Shown: positions 29,488 to 39,023, counted from the first letter of the stretch. The stretch is DNA of 64,000 nt from Promethearchaeia archaeon (GCA_029856155.1 JAHQWL010000096.1:1-64000); one strand, 5' to 3'. Numbers and translations: made by a program. Notes: a model not told the origin generated them from the letters alone.

Positions 29488-29757
29488 TTATAAAGGAAAA
29501 ACTTGCTCGGCTTCTTTCTCGTCAAATTCTAACTCGCGCAATCGGATACGGATCTCACGGGGAGTAAAAGAAGTTTTTAACACTTCCAACACGTTATCAT
29601 GTAAGGCTTTCAAATTATCCATCGCTGCTTGATAATAGAAATTTTTCTCATTAAAGTTTATAGCAACAATGTCGTTTAAGCCAGCGAGCGCCTCCCGAAC
29701 ATTCCTATAATAAGCCATTACATCATCCAATTTTTCTTCTTTTTCTATATGTCCCAT
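29488..29757 (-). CDS. Small helical hypothetical protein (89 aa), multicopy family
   Basis: Intact ORF with SD-like GAGGG and TATA box TTTATATA (29817-29810); two degenerate paralogous copies in the window. Confidence 0.85.
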   Translation of the reverse strand: MGHIEKEEKLDDVMAYYRNVREALAGLNDIVAINFNEKNFYYQAAMDNLKALHDNVLEVLKTSFTPREIRIRLRELEFDEKEAEQVFPL

Positions 29758-29767
29758 TTTATTCCCT

Positions 29768-30292
29768 CAATCATTTACGTGTTTTACAATTATTGATAAT
29801 AAATTTCGATATATAAAGGTGTCGCTTTTCGATCATAACGTTGCGATGATACGATCAACCTTTTACATCAAACCGATCAGAATTTATGAATACAATCACA
29901 AATTTTAAGGATATGAAAAAAATATTTTGCATTATAATGCTGGTTTTTGGTTACGAAAAGTGTCGATTGTGATTGATTTAATCAATAAAACAAAAGTGAA
30001 TGTCGGATGTTGATCATTTTTTTGTCGTTGAATGACTGAAAGGTTACTTTGTTCAATATATTTTGCTTTTTCCAGTCAATTACATTCCGAAATTGTTTCT
30101 TACATTCTAAATAAAAAATATGAAAAATTCATTACAACCCAAAAAGATCCCACAAGAGAATATGATCATTTTTTCGTCATTTTGTACATTTTAAAAATAC
30201 AGAATGTTTTGTTTTGACAGATTCCGTACTTTTCATTGAGAATTATGACTGAAAACATTTAAATATGAGAGTGATAGTATAGTGATCAGTCA
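29768..30292. repeat. Array of TGAYYG hexamers and GATC sites in the divergent control region
   Basis: Ten TGAYYG hexamers, three phased 22 nt apart (CGATCA at 29830, 29852, 29874); two TGACTG...CAGTCA inverted pairs. Confidence 0.7.
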
Positions 30293-30349
30293 AAAAATAT
30301 TAAAAATAAAAATAAATAAATCAAAAATGTTAGGATGTGATAACGAAAA

Positions 30350-30691
30350 ATGGAACCATTATCAAAAATAGAAGAAAAAGTTTCTAGGCTAACAGATATC
30401 CAAAGGACTGATATTTATGAATATGCGAAAAGGGTGAGTAAGGAGACTCTGGAAGAAATATGTCCCGCGCTATTACGGTTGGCATTAGATTCTGAGCGGG
30501 GGATGCTCAAAAACCAGTTAGGTAATGTAATTTTTCATCTTCAGAAAAATGAAAGAATTAATACAGTAATTGGGCTTCAGAAGTTGCTTGATGCAGGTTT
30601 GATAGTTAATCCTGATGAGATGTTCAAGATTCTTGAGAGTTCTGAAGCGGATGCTCAGGAATTAGCCAAAAAAATTAAAGGGGTTTTGTAA
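30350..30691 (+). CDS. Small helical hypothetical protein (113 aa), partner of the 89-aa gene
   Basis: Intact ORF, TATA-like TTTAAATA at 30258-30265, T-tract after the stop; decayed copy at 34115-34171. Confidence 0.85.
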   Translation: MEPLSKIEEKVSRLTDIQRTDIYEYAKRVSKETLEEICPALLRLALDSERGMLKNQLGNVIFHLQKNERINTVIGLQKLLDAGLIVNPDEMFKILESSEADAQELAKKIKGVL

Positions 30692-30841
30692 ATTCTTTTT
30701 TTTTCAAGACCTTTAATAGATTATTTTTAATCTAGTTTTTATTATAGGTAAGAGGATAAATATTATTATTGAAAAATCTTACTTTAACATAAGACCTAAA
30801 TTTGGATTTTTTTTGTCAAATTCTTTTAGCTTTTATTAAAG

Positions 30842-32122
30842 ATGTCAGATTTCCTAAAAAAATTAGCAGATTTAAACACAAGAGATGCAAGATTAAATAA
30901 TATTATTGATGAGTGTAATAAGAAGCTTAAAGTAAATCCTAACTCAATTGAGTTATTAATTCAATTAGCAGAAGCTTATAATTTAACTGGCCAATATAAA
31001 AAAGCTGTACTATTATGTAAAGAAATTCTAAAATTAAAACGAGATTATAAACCTGCCTTGAATAACCTGTTCTTTGCATATGATCGGCTCGAGAGTTTTG
31101 ATCAAGCATTAAAGATTTTTAAAAGATATTTAGAAGAATTCAATTTAGAAAAAAAAGAAGAATTACAGAGACTTTCTTTCTCTATTTATCTCAAAAATTA
31201 TTTTAAAGATAATAAAGATGAACCATTTTTAGAAATTCACCTACCCCCCCATTACCCTTCAAAAGTAATAGATATAAATTTCAGTACTTCATTTCATTTC
31301 TCTAAAATTGGATGGTCCTCGCACAATTCTGATATTCTTAGAATTACATTAGAAAAGTATCCTCAAGATATTGAATTATGGAATTCTCTAGGATTTAGTT
31401 ATTTTTCTATGGAAAAATATGATGATGCTAAAAATGCATTTGATAAAGCTTTAGAGATTGATGACAAAAATATCATGACTCATTACCTTCTAGGTTCTTT
31501 TTATTTGAAAAATAAAGAACCTGAAAAAGCGAAAATAGAGTTTATTTCTGTTATTATCCATTTACCTGTATCATGGAATAGAGGTATTTCATTGATAGAA
31601 GAATCTTCTCAAAATCTTACTTTAAACATACAAGCATTGAATAAATTAGGAGAAGCTTATATTAAATGTGGAGAATATGAAGAAGCAATTAAAGATTTAT
31701 TAAAAGCTTTAACTTTGACTAAACTATCATTTCCTTCAATAACAACTCTTTTTGTAAGATCTTCAAAGAGTTTTGTCTTGTCATATATATATAAGAATTT
31801 AGGTATTGCTTATTATTCTTTAGATGATATTAAAAAGGCTCTAAAGATGTTTAAGAGAGCATTAAAACATGATCCTGAAAATGTTGAGATTTTAGAATGT
31901 TTAGGAGAGATATATTTTGACATGAAAAAGTATAAAAATGCATCTGAAGTTTTTCAACATGTTGCAGGAATCAAACCAGAAGATCCTCGGGGTTGGCATA
32001 TGCTATCTAAATCATATTATAACAGTAGTAGGACTGAAAATGCTAAAGAAGCAAATTTAAAATGTTTAGGACTTGATCCTAACTATAAACCAGCATTAGA
32101 ATTACGTAAGGAACTAATTTGA
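30842..32122 (+). CDS. Tetratricopeptide repeat protein
   Basis: Repeated LG..Y...G.Y.EA...F..AL...P patterns. Confidence 0.9.
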   Translation: MSDFLKKLADLNTRDARLNNIIDECNKKLKVNPNSIELLIQLAEAYNLTGQYKKAVLLCKEILKLKRDYKPALNNLFFAYDRLESFDQALKIFKRYLEEFNLEKKEELQRLSFSIYLKNYFKDNKDEPFLEIHLPPHYPSKVIDINFSTSFHFSKIGWSSHNSDILRITLEKYPQDIELWNSLGFSYFSMEKYDDAKNAFDKALEIDDKNIMTHYLLGSFYLKNKEPEKAKIEFISVIIHLPVSWNRGISLIEESSQNLTLNIQALNKLGEAYIKCGEYEEAIKDLLKALTLTKLSFPSITTLFVRSSKSFVLSYIYKNLGIAYYSLDDIKKALKMFKRALKHDPENVEILECLGEIYFDMKKYKNASEVFQHVAGIKPEDPRGWHMLSKSYYNSSRTENAKEANLKCLGLDPNYKPALELRKELI

Positions 32123-32189
32123 GTTTAGTCTGAATTCTTAAAGAAAGATACAAATGAAATTTAGAAGTAAGAATAATAAAAGTTGTATT

Positions 32190-33302
32190 TTAGTTCGCGT
32201 TGAGTTTAATAATTTCTTCTTTTGATAAAAGATATCCATGGTTTGATTTCCATACTAAAATGTAATTGAATAAGAAGCTGAGAATGTAAGGTAACTTGGT
32301 AAATGGTCCAAATTTGATAAATTCCTTTGAATTATATGATTTACAGATTTTAATAAAATCATAATTCTCTAATATATTTCTATGACTTGCAAGGGGACCT
32401 TTGCTAGATATAAAATTGAATGTAGTTTTTTTATTGAGTGCAATTTTACATAAAGTTTTTTGCTTTTTAAGCAGAAATTCATTTTCATTGAAAACTAATT
32501 GATTATTTTTATAAGATGTTCTTTTTACCATACTAAAAATTTGAACAACTACAACAATAGCATAGGCTACACCACAAGAATAAATTACTAATGGAACTAC
32601 TAAATTATTAACGAAAAGAGATATTATATAATTTAATAGATAACAGAAAATAGGAATTAAAATTAACACAACCGAGTATATTACCTTTAACTTTTTTAAT
32701 TGTTTTAATTTTACAACCGAAATTTCATACATTTGGGGAAATTGGAAATTAGTTTCATTACATATTTGTTTCAACCTTTCTTCAACCTTTCCATAGTAAA
32801 AATATATGGATTCGATAATATTTTGAAGTGTATGCATATTAGGGACATTTTTTATTGAAATTTTTTTGGGAATTAAATCATTAGTCACGAATTCAATTGT
32901 TCCAGAATCAAAATTTTTATCAAAAAACCTTTTACGAAAAACAATACCCCTAAAAGAATTTAAAGGGTAGGAATGTACATTTTTTAAAGGTAAAGGAGAT
33001 TTATCATAATGATACACATAGAGATTTATATTTGTTAAAAGAAAGTAACATATTTTTTTTTCATCTTTAATATTGAAACGAATTAGAGTTGGATTAATTA
33101 CTATAAGTGATACACTTATCGCAAGAATACTTATAAGTAAATCATCTAAAGCATATATAAGTAAGACTGAAAAAAAAACATCTAAACCTCCCACCATTAA
33201 AGATATAGAAAAAATCATTGCTTTTTTATTCACAATTTTTGGAGATTTATATAAAATAATTTCATCCTCATCGATTCTTTGCAATAGAATATCAGGGATA
33301 AT
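32190..33302 (-). CDS. Membrane protein with PH-like (bPH) domains; possible ATT start (track start 33284)
   Basis: Two TM pairs each followed by a beta-rich domain (YFLLTN...GTIEF...IKNVP); SD GGTGA at 33313-33309. Confidence 0.7.
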   Translation of the reverse strand: MIPDILLQRIDEDEIILYKSPKIVNKKAMIFSISLMVGGLDVFFSVLLIYALDDLLISILAISVSLIVINPTLIRFNIKDEKKICYFLLTNINLYVYHYDKSPLPLKNVHSYPLNSFRGIVFRKRFFDKNFDSGTIEFVTNDLIPKKISIKNVPNMHTLQNIIESIYFYYGKVEERLKQICNETNFQFPQMYEISVVKLKQLKKLKVIYSVVLILIPIFCYLLNYIISLFVNNLVVPLVIYSCGVAYAIVVVVQIFSMVKRTSYKNNQLVFNENEFLLKKQKTLCKIALNKKTTFNFISSKGPLASHRNILENYDFIKICKSYNSKEFIKFGPFTKLPYILSFLFNYILVWKSNHGYLLSKEEIIKLNAN

Positions 33303-33377
33303 GATTTCTCACCAAATTCTTTTGTTAAAAACTTAGAATTTTTTTAAAGTCTTTTTTGTTTATTATATTTAAATTTT

Positions 33378-33995
33378 TTATATATCTTGATTCTCAATAG
33401 ACTTCCCACATTTACTGCAAAAGCTCGCATTAAGGGAAATTTTTTTTCCACAAAAGGGACATATACTTTTGGGAGCGACTTCTGAAAGAGGAACAACATT
33501 TTGAGTTCTGCCTCTCCTTCCAGCTTCTGAATATGACAGAAAAGAACCCATTCCTATCGCTAGAGTTCCTCCCATAATCGGGCCAATAGCACCAAATCCT
33601 GGATTTAGAGAACTCCAAATGCCATATGGGAAGTTTCCATTATAAGTATAAAAATCTAATGATATTAATGACACTATTGTTCCACCTAAAATAAAACCAC
33701 CGCACCATATCCATAAATTCCCTATATTTTTATTTTCGAAGTACTTACGGTGGTATAAGTACCCAGTTAGTATTAATATCATTGAAAATGCCAATACCAC
33801 TATGGTTATGCTTATTCCAGTAATAAGAATTACTTTATCATTAATAAATTCAATTTGATTACTAGAACTTCTTTGAAAAACTAATCCCCACATCCAAATG
33901 CTAAAATATGTATAAAGAGTAGCAATTGGAGTTAATATTCCAACTAGGGCTAGTATTCCGCTAAAAAAGGGAAATAACCACCAATATTTTTTCAT
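33378..33995 (-). CDS. Membrane protein with C-terminal zinc ribbon
   Basis: Four TM helices, then CPFCG......FCSKCG. Confidence 0.85.
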   Translation of the reverse strand: MKKYWWLFPFFSGILALVGILTPIATLYTYFSIWMWGLVFQRSSSNQIEFINDKVILITGISITIVVLAFSMILILTGYLYHRKYFENKNIGNLWIWCGGFILGGTIVSLISLDFYTYNGNFPYGIWSSLNPGFGAIGPIMGGTLAIGMGSFLSYSEAGRRGRTQNVVPLSEVAPKSICPFCGKKISLNASFCSKCGKSIENQDI

Positions 33996-34114
33996 TTTAA
34001 CAACACTCTAATTATGATTACTGGATTTTTATAATTCAAAATAATTCAATTAATGTTTTTAATATAAAATTTTCTGTGATATATATATAAATTCTACTAT
34101 ATAAAGAAAAAATT

Positions 34115-34361
34115 GTCACTAGGGAGACTTAGAGGAAGCATATTAGTACGGTGATTGGGCTTCAAAAACTTGTCTGAAATTTTAAACATGTATTTTAACG
34201 AGAAGGACTTCTATCATCAAGCAGCGAGGGATAATTTGAAAGCTTTACATGATAATGTGTTAGAAGTGCTAAAAGCTTCTTTTACTCCTCGGGAGATTCG
34301 GATGCGATTGCGGGAGTTAGAGTTTGACGAGAAGGAAGCCGAGAAAGTGTTTCTTTTATAA
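34115..34361 (+). pseudogene. Chimeric pseudogene: fragments of the 113-aa gene fused to the 3' two-thirds of the 89-aa gene
   Basis: VTRET(L)EE and ISTVIGLQKL match the 113-aa protein; LSEILNMYFNEKDFYHQAARDNLKALHDNVLEVLK...EKVFLL* matches the 89-aa protein. Confidence 0.85.
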
Positions 34362-34641
34362 ATTGATTGCATTTTATCTTTAGCATATTTTTTGAACTTA
34401 CTCTTTTTATAGCTTAATTTTAATTATTTATCTCAAGAGTGGATTATCCTGTCCCGAACTTAGGTTGCCATAATTACAATCAGTATACCCGGCAAAATTT
34501 AGGATCCAGTTCAACTCAGTGGCTCAATAATAGATTGTTTGATTTAGGTTGTGTACACCGGCTTTTTTCTTTCCTCCAAGTTTAATAACTTAAATATTAT
34601 CGAAAATTACACTAGTTAAATCCAAATGTATATAGTAAAAG

Positions 34642-34881
34642 ATGTTTATGAAGGAAGAAGAAATCATTGAGGAATTAAAAAAATTAGGAGAAAAAGTTGG
34701 TAGTAATATAAGAATTAATCAAGATATTCGTACTATTCTTATGGTTATAATGATATCCCTTGTGCTTTTCATGGTTTTGTTGTTAATAAGTTTTCCTGAC
34801 CCTTTCATTGCCTCTTTTATACTCATAGTTCCTTTGTTTGTAGGAATATATGAAATATTGAGAAGAAGGGGTTGGATCTAA
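34642..34881 (+). CDS. Small 2-TM membrane protein
   Basis: 79-aa ORF with two hydrophobic helices. Confidence 0.7.
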   Translation: MFMKEEEIIEELKKLGEKVGSNIRINQDIRTILMVIMISLVLFMVLLLISFPDPFIASFILIVPLFVGIYEILRRRGWI

Positions 34882-35185
34882 ATGAAAAAGACTTGGTGTC
34901 TTATTTATTGTCAATCAATACCTATTCATTTTTCCTAATTTTATTTAATTATCCACAAGTGGGACATTCTGGATTTAAATCAGCCATAGTAATTCTAAAT
35001 GGAATGATTTAGCAGGAATTAATAGATTTAAAGCAATTTCTTTAAATATCAATATTAATTACTTGTAAAATTAATTAATTATGCTTTATTTGAATTTGAA
35101 AAAGTGTTTTAGATGAATAATGAAATGTTAAATAAAGCTAAAAAAGGGCATCTTGAGGCAATATATTTCCGAAATTTTCTATTAA

Positions 35186-35635
35186 TTATAGATAAGGCAA
35201 AAATTTCTCTAGAGTTATTTTCGCTCCTATTTTTGACGGGATTTCAACTGCTTTCTTTACTTCATCATAAGAGTAACCCTTGTTGTATAAATTTTCTATT
35301 GCGGGAGAGAATACCTTTTTATAGTATTTATCACCAATTTTATCAATAATTTTATCAAATTCTTTAGTAGTTATCCATTTCTCCTGCTTTCTATGAGTTA
35401 TTGATAAACCTTTTTCCTTTCCCTTTTGTTCTAATTTATATTTCTGAGTTTCTTTTCCTAAGCGTGTTTGATATCCAACGATAGCAATTACAATACCATG
35501 GATCTTTGCCTCTTCTTCATTATGTCCAGCTTTGAGCCAGTCAATACGATGATATTCAGAGATTATATCCCATTTACCTATTTTAATTAACTTTATCTCT
35601 TCTAATTCTTTTGAGTTAAAAGCTTTCGATACCAT
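35186..35635 (-). CDS. Hypothetical protein (149 aa)
   Basis: ATG start and genome-typical composition; no motif recognised. Confidence 0.75.
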   Translation of the reverse strand: MVSKAFNSKELEEIKLIKIGKWDIISEYHRIDWLKAGHNEEEAKIHGIVIAIVGYQTRLGKETQKYKLEQKGKEKGLSITHRKQEKWITTKEFDKIIDKIGDKYYKKVFSPAIENLYNKGYSYDEVKKAVEIPSKIGAKITLEKFLPYL

Positions 35636-35835
35636 TTAGTTTAATTATTATTTTTATTATGTATTTTTTAAAAATAAATAAGTAAATCACGATTTTATTT
35701 CTTTCAGTTATTTATTAGAATAAAATAGTGCTTACGCGATTAAATTGAATACTTAAAATTAAAATTCAAATATAATATCTAAGACTTAGGGTATTGTTTA
35801 AGTTTTGGAAAAATGAAATTTAGAAAGATTCCTAA

Positions 35836-36975
35836 TTAATGCCATACAAGTGGTCTATATTCCTTTAAAGGTAATTGTATGGTGCTTTGCGTACGTTGCG
35901 ATTCATATGAAGCTAAAACAATTTCCAAACCAGCTTTACCATCATATATAGTTGGGATCCATTCTTGAGGAAAACCAACATCCTCATTCGAGCGTCCTAA
36001 AATATTGTTTATAAAACTTCGTATCTCTCGAGCATAGCTAAGATTCCAACGATCCTTTGGAAATGTAGTTTCAACTTCCGAAATTTTACTAGTCTTATTT
36101 CTCCTAAAATGTTTTTTTAATGTCATTGGTTTTAAGGAGTACTCATGTGGAACATCAAAAAAATAAGTTCCCTTAGTTCCATGAATTCTACCTAATTCTT
36201 CCCCATAGACACTGCCAAAATAAGCTTCGGAACGCTCAAATATCGCTGTAATATCGCTTTTCTTAAATGATAATAAAACTGTAGAATGGTCTTCATAGGC
36301 TCTAGTCTTATGTACCCGCCTTATTTGAGCACTAACACTCTTTATTTCTCCAAACCACCATCTTAGTAAATCAAAATAGTGAGGTCCATGATCTATGAGA
36401 TCTCCGCCTCCACACTTTTCATCTGTCAACCTCCATAATCCAACTTCTTGTATTAGATCGTTTCTTGGATTCAATCCAAGATCCGGCATAGAATGATACC
36501 AATAAATTGAAGCTTGGATTATATCGCCAATTTCCTTTTTAAATATTTTTTCTTTTATAAATTGGAATCCTAAATCAAATCTTTTTTGAGTTGCCGTTTG
36601 GAAAATTACGTTATTTTTCTCGACAGCTTTAATCATTTTATTAACTTCTACTAAATTTAAACCAATAGGTTTTTCACATAAAATGTGTTTTCCATTCCTA
36701 GCAGCCCGGATAACTTGTTCAGCATGAGCCCAATGAGGAGAACATATGCTTACAGCTTCGATATTCGGGTCATCTAATAGATCTTCTGGTTTTTTATATG
36801 CTTTTGGAACATTATAAAGCTTCTGAGCTTGTTTAAGATGAGATTCGAGGGGATCAGAAACCGCTTCTATCTCTGTGAGTGAAGATTTATGATATATTGG
36901 TAAATGTCCAATGTTGGCTACAGTCCCACATCCTAATACTCCAATTTTTAACTTATTATTAGGCACTTTAATCAC
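35836..36975 (-). CDS. Gfo/Idh/MocA family oxidoreductase
   Basis: GVLGCG, HILCEKP, GGGDLIDHGPHYFD. Confidence 0.93.
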   Translation of the reverse strand: MIKVPNNKLKIGVLGCGTVANIGHLPIYHKSSLTEIEAVSDPLESHLKQAQKLYNVPKAYKKPEDLLDDPNIEAVSICSPHWAHAEQVIRAARNGKHILCEKPIGLNLVEVNKMIKAVEKNNVIFQTATQKRFDLGFQFIKEKIFKKEIGDIIQASIYWYHSMPDLGLNPRNDLIQEVGLWRLTDEKCGGGDLIDHGPHYFDLLRWWFGEIKSVSAQIRRVHKTRAYEDHSTVLLSFKKSDITAIFERSEAYFGSVYGEELGRIHGTKGTYFFDVPHEYSLKPMTLKKHFRRNKTSKISEVETTFPKDRWNLSYAREIRSFINNILGRSNEDVGFPQEWIPTIYDGKAGLEIVLASYESQRTQSTIQLPLKEYRPLVWH

Positions 36976-37154
36976 GCTTAAATTTATAATTATTATAGGA
37001 TGAATTAGGCATGAATTTCTTTAAAAATTTTAACATTTAGAGAATTCATTTTAGATCTCAACCTTTTTTTAATGATTAGGTACTTTTTAAACCTTATAAA
37101 GAGAGTTAAATTAATATTTAACAGAATAAAAATTGAATATTAAACCGCTTAAAT

Positions 37155-38315
37155 TTAGACAATAAGATGAGCATCGTGCTCTTTTAAAGAATCTGTAAGA
37201 ACCAAACATAGTTTCTCTAAAATTTTTACATCAATTTTGTCAATTGTATCATTAGGTGTATGCATATAAGCATATGATTCCACACCACCAATTCCAAATC
37301 CTTGAAGACCCCTATCTCCTAAAAAACCTCCATCGGAATGCGTACCTAGAACCCTTTCTTTAGGGTAATGATTAATGGGAAGATTTCTTTTGTTATTCAA
37401 AAGTTTATGATCAATATCTTTAGCATGATCTCCTTCATTTTCTCCAGGCCATAATAAAACATACTTAGCTATGGATTCAAAATTAAATATTAGCGATTTG
37501 CTGGGATCAAAATTTACCAAATTATTATAAAAATGTCTAATACCCATTGTTCCGCATTCCTCAGCTCCAGTAAAAAGAAACCATATATGATAGTTTTGTA
37601 ATCTGTTTTCAGGAATGCAATAATAGTTTACCAGTTCTAAGTTGCATGCTATGCCAGAAGCATTATCAATTGCACCATTAGAACTGTTGTCCGTAGTGTT
37701 AAGAAGCATCAATATCGAGGAAAAAATATTAATTATTAAAGGAAATAGCCCGATAATATAAAATATTAGTTCAAATCCAATAATTATCAAATTTTTAAGA
37801 ATTACAATGAATGTTAGAATAATTGATGAAGCGATCCAAAACTTAATTATTCTTATTCGGAATCCGACCTTGAATCTTTGTCCTTTAGAATCCACATGAC
37901 TCACGAACAATGCAATTCTGCCAATATTTTTTATTTCATTTGAAAAAGGTTTAATTTTTACTAGTAGATTTTGTGATTTGAATTTTGGTATGATTTGAAT
38001 ATTCTCTGGTTTTCTTGTAAAAATAATCGAAGTAATCACAATTCCAAATAATGTAAGGATTATTATCGTAGAGTAAATCATAGATGTGTTCAAATAAAGG
38101 AGTAATAATATTAGCGAAACGGATAAAAATGTGATTTTAGGATATATTCTCGAATAAAACGAACTGAAAGTAAAACCTTGGACTTCAAATTGCAAATTAA
38201 GGTTTTCAATTTCTTCTATTATTTTATTAAATGCTTCAAATTCAAATTTAGTTCCAGATAATCGAGGAAAAGCAAATTTTTTAAGATTTTTTTTAATTCG
38301 GGCTTCTTCAATCAT
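37155..38315 (-). CDS. Membrane-bound M28 family metallopeptidase
   Basis: SHVDS, GAIDNASG, TGAEECG, HTPNDT, with inserted TM helices. Confidence 0.88.
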   Translation of the reverse strand: MIEEARIKKNLKKFAFPRLSGTKFEFEAFNKIIEEIENLNLQFEVQGFTFSSFYSRIYPKITFLSVSLILLLLYLNTSMIYSTIIILTLFGIVITSIIFTRKPENIQIIPKFKSQNLLVKIKPFSNEIKNIGRIALFVSHVDSKGQRFKVGFRIRIIKFWIASSIILTFIVILKNLIIIGFELIFYIIGLFPLIINIFSSILMLLNTTDNSSNGAIDNASGIACNLELVNYYCIPENRLQNYHIWFLFTGAEECGTMGIRHFYNNLVNFDPSKSLIFNFESIAKYVLLWPGENEGDHAKDIDHKLLNNKRNLPINHYPKERVLGTHSDGGFLGDRGLQGFGIGGVESYAYMHTPNDTIDKIDVKILEKLCLVLTDSLKEHDAHLIV

Positions 38316-38558
38316 TTTAATCTTTTTCTATGGCTTCCAGCTTGTATTTTATTTAGAATATTTAAGTCCTAAATAACAGATGATATATACTCTACCCTTG
38401 ATTGTTAATATTTAAATTATATTAGTTTATCTTTGATCCGTAAGATCATTTATATAAAAATGTGGGCTCTAATTAATAACTGGACTCCATTTTATTAATT
38501 AATAATAATTTATATGCCTTATTTAAAGAAGATATAAGACAAATAAGGAGTTTTTAAA

Positions 38559-39023
38559 ATGAAAAAATTAGAATTAATGGATCTTATCAATACAGACCTT
38601 CCTAAAAATGAAATTTATCAAAGAATTATGGATTTTGTTAACCAATATCAAATTAAGATAAAAGAAATGAATAGCAAGGTAATAACGGGAATGTATGGCT
38701 CTAGGCTAAAAGCTCATACAAGAGGTATTCGTGCTGAGCCTTCAATTTTACCCGTTAAAATTTCAATTAAGTTGCATGATAGAGGGAACAGCACAGAATT
38801 ACATGTTCTTTTGAAAAAAGGTTATATTGGAATAACTCCCCTAGGTATGGATAAGAAATATCTGATGATGCTTGCACGGTTAATGAATAATTTAAAATTG
38901 CAATTTTATCGAGAAATGTATCCAAAAGAAGAAATAAGTAAATGTAATAATTGTGGTACGGTTATTATTTACGAGAACCAAAGATTTTGTGAATTTTGTG
39001 GTATTGAATTAATTGATAATTAA
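38559..39023 (+). CDS. Hypothetical protein with C-terminal zinc ribbon
   Basis: CNNCG.......FCEFCG. Confidence 0.8.
   Translation: MKKLELMDLINTDLPKNEIYQRIMDFVNQYQIKIKEMNSKVITGMYGSRLKAHTRGIRAEPSILPVKISIKLHDRGNSTELHVLLKKGYIGITPLGMDKKYLMMLARLMNNLKLQFYREMYPKEEISKCNNCGTVIIYENQRFCEFCGIELIDN

Noticed and set aside
30032-30217. 61-aa ORF in the control region
   Set aside because: No SD, atypical composition, and it overlaps the motif array; probably spurious
34155-34361. 68-aa ORF as an intact paralog of the 89-aa gene
   Set aside because: Its TTG start and first residues come from out-of-frame 113-aa gene sequence, and the N-terminal helix is missing
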